64,000 nt of DNA from an uncultured Gammaproteobacteria bacterium. GTDB taxonomy: Bacteria > Patescibacteriota > Microgenomatia > UBA10105 > UBA927. Both the position numbers and the translations under genes were made by a program. Below, in pieces: positions 49,161 through 57,628 of the stretch. Location of the stretch: assembly GCA_964596355.1 (NCBI GenBank), contig CAZQTD010000001.1:4446-68445 (forward strand), in the 5' to 3' direction. The number at the start of each line of letters is the position of its first letter. Position 1 is the stretch's first letter. The notes under the pieces were generated by a model, which did not search any database, was not told the DNA's origin, and saw nothing but the letters and a program-made list of their open reading frames with translations.

Positions 49161-50030
49161 TTACAGTTCTTCGAGTTTCACGCTATCGCTTTGCTTGTCT
49201 TTGACAAGCTCCAGGTAGCGCTCGGTCGTAGAAAGGCGCTTGTGGCCGACGAGTTTACTAAGCGTCGTAATGGCTGTTCCTGCCATCAGGTGGTGAGCAA
49301 TAAAGGTGTGGCGAAGATCGTTGACTTTGGCTCCCTCGATGCCTGCTATTCTAAAATAGCGGTCAATAGCGGTCCGAATGTTCCGGATAAGGAGCGGCCG
49401 GCCGGTTTTGGTGATAAACAGCGCCTTGCTTTGACTTGAGCCTGTCGAAGGGCCACGGATTGCCAGGTAGCGCTCGAGCGCTTCTTTCGCTGCTTTATTG
49501 AGCGGCACCACGCGTTCCGCATGGCCTTCCTGTGCGGAGATGTGGAGCTCATTGGGCTTGACGTCGTCAAGCCCAAGATTGGCCAGCTCGCCGATACGGA
49601 TACCAGTTTGCAAAAACAGCTCGACAATTGCGTAGATTCTGGTGTCGCCGCGGCACGCGTCACGAAGCGCGCGGTATTCGATTTTGGAAAGGATCCGCGG
49701 CGGCTTGACTTCGTACTTGGGGTGTTCGATTTCAATTGCCGGATCACTCGTCAGGATACCCGAGGCCTTTAGGAATCTAAAAAAGGTTTTAATCGAGTTG
49801 ATTTTTCGAGAAATGGATTTGGGCGTGTAGCTATCTGAAGCAAGTTTTTTGAGGAAAGCATCCAGTTCGTCGCGGGAAATATCACCCACGGTTTTTTTCC
49901 CCGCGTTGGTTAAGAATGTGATGAGTTGTTCTATGTCTTTGCCGTATGCTACGATGGTAGCGCGCGCGCGTCTGCGCGTGCCTAAATACTCAATAAATTG
50001 TTGGTGGGCGGTTTTAAGATCGGTTGCCAT
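49161..50030 (-). CDS. XerC/XerD-like tyrosine recombinase
   Basis: SAM-like N-domain; TGIRIGE, NDLRHT, LVGH, TTERY. Confidence 0.88.
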   Translation of the reverse strand: MATDLKTAHQQFIEYLGTRRRARATIVAYGKDIEQLITFLTNAGKKTVGDISRDELDAFLKKLASDSYTPKSISRKINSIKTFFRFLKASGILTSDPAIEIEHPKYEVKPPRILSKIEYRALRDACRGDTRIYAIVELFLQTGIRIGELANLGLDDVKPNELHISAQEGHAERVVPLNKAAKEALERYLAIRGPSTGSSQSKALFITKTGRPLLIRNIRTAIDRYFRIAGIEGAKVNDLRHTFIAHHLMAGTAITTLSKLVGHKRLSTTERYLELVKDKQSDSVKLEEL

Positions 50031-50152
50031 ACTGATGTGCGACTGGCAGGTTAAGTTTAACGTTTGGCGCGTACAGCCAATCTAAAGAAGACTAGGATAT
50101 CCTATAATATCATGAAAAAAGCTGGAATGCAAGATAGAAAACAAGGCGCCGC

Positions 50153-50509
50153 ATGAATACTGTTATCCGTCACCCGCTCGTACGGCTGGGCATTGCGCTT
50201 GTCAGCATGATCGTGAGCGCTGGTCTTATCCGCTCGATTCTGTCTCTTTGGCGCAAAAAAGACCTGGTGCGGCAAAGGCGGATGGTTCTCGAGCGTGTGG
50301 AAAAAGAACATGCAGAGCTCCAAAGGAAGCTTGAAGAAGCAACCAGTTCTGCGTTTGTTGAACAAATCGCGCGCAACAAGCTTGGGCTTATTAAAGAGGG
50401 AGAAAAAATCGTTCTCATGGAAATTCCAACCGGAAACAATGAAACAGCGGATGGCTCGGGCGAAGACGATCTGCCCAACTGGAAGAAGTGGTGGCAGTTG
50501 TTTTTCTGA
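50153..50509 (+). CDS. FtsB/DivIC septum formation initiator family
   Basis: TM, coiled coil, 'FVEQIARNKLGLIKEGE', 'PNWKKWWQLFF'. Confidence 0.85.
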   Translation: MNTVIRHPLVRLGIALVSMIVSAGLIRSILSLWRKKDLVRQRRMVLERVEKEHAELQRKLEEATSSAFVEQIARNKLGLIKEGEKIVLMEIPTGNNETADGSGEDDLPNWKKWWQLFF

Positions 50510-50556
50510 AACGTGCTTGCGCTGAGAAGTTCCGAGCGAAGCGAGGAACAGCGAAG

Positions 50557-50628
50557 TGTCAGGGGAGGGGATCGAACCCTCGACCGCAGCGTTATGAATG
50601 CTGTGCTCTACCACTGAGCTACCCTGAC
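50557..50628 (-). tRNA. tRNA-CAT (elongator Met or Ile2)
   Basis: GTCAGGG/CCCTGAC acceptor, TAGCTCAGTGGTAGAGC D arm, TTCATAA loop, GGTTCGATCC T arm; CCA not encoded. Confidence 0.92.
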
Positions 50629-50680
50629 AACTGTCTCATTCTACGAAAGTTGAGGTCAAAAGGCAATCAGTTGATTGTAA

Positions 50681-51268
50681 TCAGTTGGTTGTAATGTGGA
50701 CGCGCGCGTGTTGAATAACGGCGGGATATTGGAGCTGTGTTTTCATCTGGACTTTATAGAGTTTTTCGCCGTCATCAAGTGTTACCGGCGGGGACTGAAG
50801 TGTGGCAGGTCCGGCGCCTTCCATGGAGAGCTCTGATCCCCACACCCTGCGGCCGTCAGTTGCGTTTGTTAGCCGTACCCACACTGTTTGATTTGCTGTC
50901 GGCACGGCAACCGTAACTTCAAAAATCACGCGTTTTACCTTTTTATACGCGTTCATGTCTATATACGCCTGTACGCCGGGCACATCGGTCCAATCAGCTG
51001 CGCTTCCCGTTCCTTGGCCCATGGGAATGTAGTATTCTTTGGCTGCGGTTGCGGTTGTCGTAGTCGTCGTCTTTAGACTGTTAATCGCAGAAAGACATGC
51101 TTTTGGGCACGCGCTGGCGGCAGATGTCGTTTCACCAAGGACCGCAGGCGAATACGGCAGCGAACGGATGAAGAAATAGTCAAGAACCACGAGATTGATG
51201 ACAACAAGTACTGCACCGCCGGCAAGGAGAAATGGCGATATTTGCGCTCTCTGCGGCCGAGATTTCAT
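50681..51268 (-). CDS. Single-TM hypothetical protein
   Basis: TM, 'CPKAC', Thr run, beta-rich C-terminus. Confidence 0.7.
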   Translation of the reverse strand: MKSRPQRAQISPFLLAGGAVLVVINLVVLDYFFIRSLPYSPAVLGETTSAASACPKACLSAINSLKTTTTTTATAAKEYYIPMGQGTGSAADWTDVPGVQAYIDMNAYKKVKRVIFEVTVAVPTANQTVWVRLTNATDGRRVWGSELSMEGAGPATLQSPPVTLDDGEKLYKVQMKTQLQYPAVIQHARVHITTN

Positions 51269-51315
51269 CGTTACTTTCACTGTACGGGAGGAATGGGGGG
51301 GTTGTCAAACACTTG

Positions 51316-51385
51316 TTGCGGGGCCGGGAATCGCACCCGGTCTAGAAGATTATGAGCCTTCTGTGCGACTTTACACTACCCCGCG
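51316..51385 (-). tRNA. tRNA-CAT, initiator-like (C1:A72) but non-canonical
   Basis: CGCGGGG/CCCCGCA acceptor, GAAGG-CTCATAA-TCTTC anticodon arm, CCGGG-TGCGATT-CCCGG T arm. Confidence 0.85.
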
Positions 51386-51526
51386 GTTCTATAACAGAAC
51401 CGTATCATTATACGCAGTTGATATATTCAGGTCAATCTTTCTCGATGAGCAATCTGCTTAACGGAATGAAACGATGGTTTTCGTGTAGGTAAAACCGTTG
51501 GAGGCAGAAAGGACGACAGCGGCCGT

Positions 51527-51554
51527 TGTTACTATGTTTTATAACATAGTAACA
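51527..51554. repeat. 12-bp perfect inverted repeat upstream of trpS
   Basis: TGTTACTATGTT-TTAT-AACATAGTAACA. Confidence 0.8.
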
Positions 51555-51623
51555 GAAAGACGCGGGAGATGTTCAAGGTTTTTTTGGTGGCACAATAAGG
51601 AAAAACTGGTACAATAAGAAGCG

Positions 51624-52697
51624 ATGAAGCGCATATTGTCCGGCATCACGCCAAGCGGAGACGGAAGTCTCCACATCGGCAACTATTTAGGAGCAGTCAG
51701 GCAGTTTAAGGAACTGGCGCAGGAGCACGACTGTTTCCTGTTTGTCGCGGATCTACACGCGCTCACGACGGTGCAAAACAGGGAGCAGCTGCAGAAAAAC
51801 ATCGAGACCCTCATTCTTAACGAGCTTGCGCTCCTTGGAGATTTGAAGAACATTACCTTTTTCCGCCAGTCCGATGTGCCGATGCATACAGAGCTCCAGT
51901 CGATCCTCAACAACGTGACGCCGCTGGGGCTTCTGAAGCGCGCGCACGCATATAAAGACAAGCTCGCTAACGACGTTGGCGAAGACGAGATTAATCTTGG
52001 CTTGTTTACTTATCCGATTCTGATGGCGTCGGACATTCTTCTGTATCAGTCCGATTTGGTGCCGGTTGGCCGCGACCAGAAGCAGCACGTGGAAATTACC
52101 AGAGACATCGCCGAGCGGTTTAATAGAGTATTTCCAATGAGACTGAAGGACGGTAGCCGTTTGGGATCTTCAGGACTTGACGCTGTTTTTAAGCTGCCCG
52201 AGTCGTATATACGAGACGATGTTGCGGTGATATTGGGTACTGATGGCAAGCGGAAAATGAGTAAGTCGTTGGGGAATATCATCAGCATTTTTGACGACGA
52301 AGCGGTTATCAAAAAACAAGTCATGGGGTGCTACACCGACCCGACCCGGAAGCGCGCCACTGACCTGGGGCATATCGAGGGCAACATGGTGTTTGCCTAT
52401 CTGGAGTTCTTTGGCGATCCCGCGCGTGTTGCTCAACTAAAAGAACACTACAAAAAGGGAAGCGTGGGGGATGTGGACGTTAAACAGTATTTGTTTGAGA
52501 GCCTCATGAAAACGTTTGCTCCAGCGAGGACTCGGTATCAAGACCTTAAGCGTCATCCCGAGCAGGTTGCGAAAATTTTGCACGACGGCGCCTCCAGAGC
52601 GCGCGCGGTCGCCGCTATTACGATGGAGCGTGTGCGGGAAGCGATCGGGCTAACCAATATTTATTCCTTCTTTCGCTACGAGGAGTCGGAGAGGTAG
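51624..52697 (+). CDS. trpS: Tryptophan--tRNA ligase
   Basis: SGITPSG..LHIGNY, YPILMASDIL, VPVGRDQKQH, KMSKS. Confidence 0.97.
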   Translation: MKRILSGITPSGDGSLHIGNYLGAVRQFKELAQEHDCFLFVADLHALTTVQNREQLQKNIETLILNELALLGDLKNITFFRQSDVPMHTELQSILNNVTPLGLLKRAHAYKDKLANDVGEDEINLGLFTYPILMASDILLYQSDLVPVGRDQKQHVEITRDIAERFNRVFPMRLKDGSRLGSSGLDAVFKLPESYIRDDVAVILGTDGKRKMSKSLGNIISIFDDEAVIKKQVMGCYTDPTRKRATDLGHIEGNMVFAYLEFFGDPARVAQLKEHYKKGSVGDVDVKQYLFESLMKTFAPARTRYQDLKRHPEQVAKILHDGASRARAVAAITMERVREAIGLTNIYSFFRYEESER

Positions 52698-53077
52698 CCT
52701 TTGACTTTGGCAATCACCTGGTCCGGTGTGTGTTCGCTTTTGATCATGTAGCCGCTTGCGCCTAAGCCAAGCGCCTGTGAGATCACTGCTTCCTGGCCCA
52801 GGTTGGAGAGGATTACGATTTTTTTGTTTGGCTTAAGCGGCGGTGTTTCGTTCGTTAATTTTTCCAATATTTTGAGGCCGTCCATCTGCGGCAGCATGAT
52901 GTCAAGAAGCACCAAATCGTAGCCTCCTTCGTACATTTTACCGTAGCCCTCGATGCCGTTGGTTGCGCAGTCAACGTCGAATTTTTCATCCTTGAGGATT
53001 TCTACGTACAGGTCGCGTAAATACTCGTCATCTTCCACGACCAGAATTCTTTTGGGCATCTGCGGTTCGTTTGCCAT
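52676..53077 (-). CDS. Stand-alone response regulator receiver
   Basis: ILVVEDD, LLDIMLPQMDG, SN, Y.IK. Confidence 0.92.
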   Translation of the reverse strand: MANEPQMPKRILVVEDDEYLRDLYVEILKDEKFDVDCATNGIEGYGKMYEGGYDLVLLDIMLPQMDGLKILEKLTNETPPLKPNKKIVILSNLGQEAVISQALGLGASGYMIKSEHTPDQVIAKVKGYLSDSS

Positions 53078-53143
53078 ACGATGGATCCTTTTTGAGTGTA
53101 AACTACATCACACCGGTTTCGCAACTGGGGTATTGCAAGCGCG

Positions 53144-54577
53144 CTATGCCGCCGGAAGCGTGAAGGTGAAGGTGGAGCCGCGGCCTTCTTCTGACTCGGC
53201 GCTGATCGTGCCGCCGGAGAGCTCCACGTACTGTTTACATATGTAGAGCTCCAAGCCCGACCCACTGCCGGTTATTGTGACCAGTGAGTGTTCGAGCCTG
53301 CCGAACTTGGTAAACAGTTTACCCATATCTTCCTGTTTAATCCCGCGGCCGGTGTCGGCGACTGATACTTCGACAAACCCATTTTTTCGCCTCGCGCTGA
53401 TCGTAATTGTGCCACCGCGGTCGGTAAACTTGCACGCATTTCCCACGAGATTTTTCATGACTTGGTGGATTTTTTCGCGGTCGGCAAGCACGGACGGCGC
53501 GTCATTGGGCAGATCCATAGCAAGCGTCAGGCCCAGCTCGGCGGCTTTAGCGCTGAATTCGTTTTGGATGTCCTGAACCAGGTCGCGGATAGAAAAGGCG
53601 GTTGTATTGAGCGTCACTTTACCGCCTTCGATTCTTGAAATATCGAGCATTTCGTTGACGAGGCGGATGAGCCGCTCTGTTGAGGAATACACCCGCGCGA
53701 TATACTCTCGCGCCTTCGGGTCGATCGCACCGCCGCGGCCGTTGAGCGCAAGCCATGCATAGCTTTTGATCGCCGTCATCGGAGTCCGTAGTTCATGCGA
53801 CGCCACCGACACGAATTCATCCTTGAGTTTATCCAAAAGCTCTAGTCGCTGATTAGCGGATTCCAACTGGTTATTTGCTTTGCGGATATTTTCTAAAAGT
53901 TGTGCGCGGTCAATGGCGATTGCCACGACACTAATGACTTCCAGAAGCGTTTCTTTTTCCGCGCGGGAGAGATCATTAACGCTTTTGGTTAAGCCTAGGC
54001 ACAGGACGCCGAGCGCACGATCGGCAAGGAGGAGGGGATACATGATGAGCGTTTTAATGCCCATAACCTGTTTAATTTCGTCGGACAACTCTTGATCGGT
54101 AAGAGGAGTAAGCAGGTCCAAGAGGTTGCCGGTGATTTTTTGCTCTTTATCGACAATCGCAGCGACGGCGAGGTTATGGGTATTGTCAAGCGAAATGACC
54201 AGTTTCGAGAGGGGTTTGCCCAGGAGTTTGAGCGCCTCTTGCACGGATTTCGTCTGGGTGATGGCTGCGGGATAAAGCAGATGCTCTTTAGCATCGACCA
54301 GGCTTATGAGGACGACAGCGAGGCCCAGTTCCTCGGTAATGATATCGACGATGCGCTGCGTCACTTCCGCTACTCCCGTAGCTCGCATCGTGATATCCGA
54401 CACCCGGCGAAGGACGCTTAACGTCTTGTTGCGGATGGACAGTTCGACGTTTTGCTTGTACACTGCGGCATTTGCTTCTGCTAGGAGAACCTCACGGTCC
54501 TTGGGCTGTTGTTTGGTTTTGGGGGGAACGTTCGGTGACTGGCCGGAACCGGTAAACAACTGATCGTGGACAGGCAT
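53144..54577 (-). CDS. Cytoplasmic GAF-domain sensor histidine kinase
   Basis: SHELRTP, NLVGNACKF, DTGRGI; N-terminal GAF-like region, no TM. Confidence 0.92.
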   Translation of the reverse strand: MPVHDQLFTGSGQSPNVPPKTKQQPKDREVLLAEANAAVYKQNVELSIRNKTLSVLRRVSDITMRATGVAEVTQRIVDIITEELGLAVVLISLVDAKEHLLYPAAITQTKSVQEALKLLGKPLSKLVISLDNTHNLAVAAIVDKEQKITGNLLDLLTPLTDQELSDEIKQVMGIKTLIMYPLLLADRALGVLCLGLTKSVNDLSRAEKETLLEVISVVAIAIDRAQLLENIRKANNQLESANQRLELLDKLKDEFVSVASHELRTPMTAIKSYAWLALNGRGGAIDPKAREYIARVYSSTERLIRLVNEMLDISRIEGGKVTLNTTAFSIRDLVQDIQNEFSAKAAELGLTLAMDLPNDAPSVLADREKIHQVMKNLVGNACKFTDRGGTITISARRKNGFVEVSVADTGRGIKQEDMGKLFTKFGRLEHSLVTITGSGSGLELYICKQYVELSGGTISAESEEGRGSTFTFTLPAA

Positions 54578-54595
54578 ATTGGATGTATTATGTCA

Positions 54596-54886
54596 TTATT
54601 TGAGGATATCAGGAAGGTCTTTATCTGACACGCGAACGCGCGTTTCTTTCAGCGCGTCTTTGCAGACTTCCACCGACGCTTGACCAAAGAGTTGTTCATA
54701 CTGTTGCACAAGTTGCTCAAGGAGAAATTTCGGATCTGTCTTCGTATCTATTTGTACGTCGCCAGGAGAGTTCGCCTTGAGACCGCGGACTTTGTTGGCT
54801 TGTTCGATAGCCAGTGGGCCGATGATCGCGGCTTGGTGTTCGATAATCGACTGGGTGATTTGTTTCAAGCTTGCGATGTTGAGCAT
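54596..54886 (-). CDS. Small helical protein in the signalling cluster
   Basis: 'IIEHQAAIIGPLA...LVQQYEQLFGQASVEVCK'. Confidence 0.7.
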   Translation of the reverse strand: MLNIASLKQITQSIIEHQAAIIGPLAIEQANKVRGLKANSPGDVQIDTKTDPKFLLEQLVQQYEQLFGQASVEVCKDALKETRVRVSDKDLPDILK

Positions 54887-54932
54887 GGCATATTTTAATT
54901 TTCGTTAATATATTTTCGTTAAATAGCAGAAT

Positions 54933-55760
54933 CTATGCCTTTTTGTTTTCCTGTAAACGGTTATAGATTGTTTTAAACTGCAAAAGACCAACCGTCATAA
55001 TGAAATATGCGCATAAGAACATATAGTCATTTATTCCTCCGGCATACCACGTATCGATACTTGCTTGATAGAGAAACGTCCAGTCTGCCGCAAATTGAGC
55101 AACGAGAGCAAAAAGAATAAACAGTACTTTGTTTTTCATTACCCCGCCGAGCACACGCTTCGTCAGTAAATAGGTCAAAAGGGCAAGTGAAATGTATATC
55201 GCCTGCCCAAGTGGGACGGCAAAATCAAGAAAAACCGTGAGTGGACTGGACCAGTCAAATTCGTATTTCTGCAAAAACAGGAAATATGATAATGCTAGCA
55301 TTACAAGAGGAATAATGATTGCCTGTATTTTATTTGTTAACGCCTTCAAAGAAATACGGATGCCGGAGGCTCGAGCTAAATAGATAACTGCCAAGGTATA
55401 GATGGGAATGGTGATATAAAAGAATACGTCACCAACCGAAGGATAAGGGACTGGTATATGGAGGAAGTAAATATAATAGGAATAGGCCAACTGTCCAATT
55501 TCTTGGAATAGCAACCCAATGGCAAAAAAGAATAGGCTTTTGCCCATAATACTATGAAATCCTCCCCATTTTCGTGAAATACCTATTCCAAGTATCCCTC
55601 CACCCAATGCGATTACTCCGTATACTGCCGCAAATAATTGATTGGAATAACTTTCGGGGGGGAGATTCATAAAACGAAGAGTAATCCACCATATAGTTAG
55701 AAGAATAAACGAGGCTACGATAATCTTTGCTGAAATTTCTTTTTTTATTGTCAACATCAT
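54933..55760 (-). CDS. Stand-alone 7-8 TM membrane protein (sensor-like)
   Basis: Multiple TM helices; 'PYPSVGDVFF' motif; AT-rich. Confidence 0.7.
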   Translation of the reverse strand: MMLTIKKEISAKIIVASFILLTIWWITLRFMNLPPESYSNQLFAAVYGVIALGGGILGIGISRKWGGFHSIMGKSLFFFAIGLLFQEIGQLAYSYYIYFLHIPVPYPSVGDVFFYITIPIYTLAVIYLARASGIRISLKALTNKIQAIIIPLVMLALSYFLFLQKYEFDWSSPLTVFLDFAVPLGQAIYISLALLTYLLTKRVLGGVMKNKVLFILFALVAQFAADWTFLYQASIDTWYAGGINDYMFLCAYFIMTVGLLQFKTIYNRLQENKKA

Positions 55761-55810
55761 ATTTAAATTCAGCGTATATACCTTTCCATTAAATGTCAAG
55801 GTAAGGTAAC

Positions 55811-56731
55811 ATGTATGGTATGTTCACTTCTATTTCGACATTAAAAAAATTGGAGCTGAATGATCGTCATATTATTGGGCAATTTACGAAGCAATTTCCA
55901 CCCTATAATGATTTTGAATTTTTAAGCCTATGGGTCTACAACGTGGACAATAACAATGCTGTCTACATATTAAATGACAATCTCGTGATAAGAATTCAAG
56001 ATTTTGTTACCGGTGATTATTTTTATTCGTTTCTAGGCACCAACAAACTGAAAAGGACCGTTGCTACATTACTAGCAAAGAGTAAAGAAGAAAATCTTGG
56101 CAACCAATTAAGACTTGTTCCAGAAGTAGCAATACAATCATTTCCTGAATTAGAAGAACATTTTTTAGTCAAAGAAGATCCTGATAGTTTTGATTATATT
56201 CTTTCGGTAGATGACATAGCGGATTTGAGAGGAAAGAGGTTTCATGATAAACGGAATCTTGTAAATAATTTTAAGCGATTGTATCAACACCATAGAATAA
56301 GACAACTGGATTTTGATAATGATACGACTAAGAAAGATATTTTAGAGTTATTTTTCCGATGGGAAAAACAAAAAGGGAAAAGTAGAAACGAAACGCGAAT
56401 AGAGTTGACCGCCATAAAAAGATTACTTGATTTTGCGAACATCCACAACGTGATGGGATTGGGGGCATATCACGATAACAAACTTATCGGATTTGTTACC
56501 TACCATACTGTTCATGATAGATATGCAATATTAAGTTTTGAGAAGGGTGATACTTCGTATAGAGGTATTTACGAATACCTTAAACATCAGGCGGCAAAAC
56601 ATCTTAAATCTCTAGATATAAAGTATATTAATTACGAGCAAGATCTTGGCATCCCCGGACTTAAAAGGGCAAAAATCCTCTGGAAACCTAAGTTCTTTCT
56701 AAAAAAATATACGATCGGAGAAAAAACTTAG
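55811..56731 (+). CDS. DUF2156 / lysyltransferase C-terminal-like (GNAT fold) protein
   Basis: 'DYI..DDIADLRGKRFHDKRNLVNNF', 'FEKGD', 'INYEQDLGIPGLKRAK..WKP'. Confidence 0.82.
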   Translation: MYGMFTSISTLKKLELNDRHIIGQFTKQFPPYNDFEFLSLWVYNVDNNNAVYILNDNLVIRIQDFVTGDYFYSFLGTNKLKRTVATLLAKSKEENLGNQLRLVPEVAIQSFPELEEHFLVKEDPDSFDYILSVDDIADLRGKRFHDKRNLVNNFKRLYQHHRIRQLDFDNDTTKKDILELFFRWEKQKGKSRNETRIELTAIKRLLDFANIHNVMGLGAYHDNKLIGFVTYHTVHDRYAILSFEKGDTSYRGIYEYLKHQAAKHLKSLDIKYINYEQDLGIPGLKRAKILWKPKFFLKKYTIGEKT

Positions 56732-57624
56732 GGAAAAATGAAATACGTGCCAGCAATGATGAGGACGATTGAGACCAGTTTCAACCCGATTGTCTTTTTC
56801 GTTACCGCTTCTTTCACGATGTATGGAAACCATAAGGAAAGAATAATGCCGAAGATGAGTACAAACATCGGTTGCAGGGCCGAAAGAACGCTGACGAGTC
56901 CGACGGAAGTGAGCGAAATGGCAAAATAGCCGGTATAGCGAGCGATGATATAGATGAGTTCATTGATCGTGATGAATACAAATACGCGCTTCTGAAACCG
57001 CTTTGTTTTTTTTGCTGTCTTTCTGAAATTATCTTTATAAGCGGCGATTGCCAGCGCGCCCAACGCGATACCAAATCCTTCATATGGCAGGGTGTTCCAG
57101 AACGGTATCTCTTGGACACCAAATTTATACAGCACCTGGGCAACGGCGAAGATGAATCCGGAAAGCAGAGCGTACCAAAATGATGTACGAAGCTTGAGGA
57201 TAGTTCTCTCGAGCCGTTCTACCGACAGAAGCATCGCGCCAAGGAGCATAAGCGCTGATCCGGCGTATTGCGGCAGTGTGAGGCGTTCTCCAAGCAAGAG
57301 AAAATCCATGATCAATACGAATACGGGATATATCTGCACAATAGGCATGACGTACGAGGTTTCATCGATGGATAGCGCTTTATAGTATGGAAGCAAGTAT
57401 ATCGTTGTCAGAAGACCGGAAGCCAGTAAGATCATAAGAGATGGTATGTCAATCGGATACGGTTTTGCGAAAACCGATATGACGCATCCGGCGACAAACG
57501 CTGAGATCCCGCCATATATAGTAATAACCGTAGGGCTTATGTTGTGCTTTTCTAATAAAAATTTATCGACGTAATTGATGATGCCAAATATGGCGGCGGA
57601 TAAGACAGCAAACAGGATACCCAT
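56728..57624 (-). CDS. EamA/DMT family transporter
   Basis: 10 TM in two repeats; 'YYKAL', 'LLGERLT', 'LQPMFV'. Confidence 0.85.
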   Translation of the reverse strand: MGILFAVLSAAIFGIINYVDKFLLEKHNISPTVITIYGGISAFVAGCVISVFAKPYPIDIPSLMILLASGLLTTIYLLPYYKALSIDETSYVMPIVQIYPVFVLIMDFLLLGERLTLPQYAGSALMLLGAMLLSVERLERTILKLRTSFWYALLSGFIFAVAQVLYKFGVQEIPFWNTLPYEGFGIALGALAIAAYKDNFRKTAKKTKRFQKRVFVFITINELIYIIARYTGYFAISLTSVGLVSVLSALQPMFVLIFGIILSLWFPYIVKEAVTKKTIGLKLVSIVLIIAGTYFIFP

Positions 57625-57628
57625 GTGG

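Noticed and set aside
48862-51385. Prophage or integrative element at the tRNA genes using the tyrosine recombinase
   Set aside because: No duplicated tRNA 3' end and no phage genes seen; the recombinase is Xer-sized and sits among housekeeping genes
50666-54922. Short direct duplications (aatcagttgattgt-like x2 at 50666; attttcgttaa x2 at 54898)
   Set aside because: Two copies only and no further structure; likely slippage
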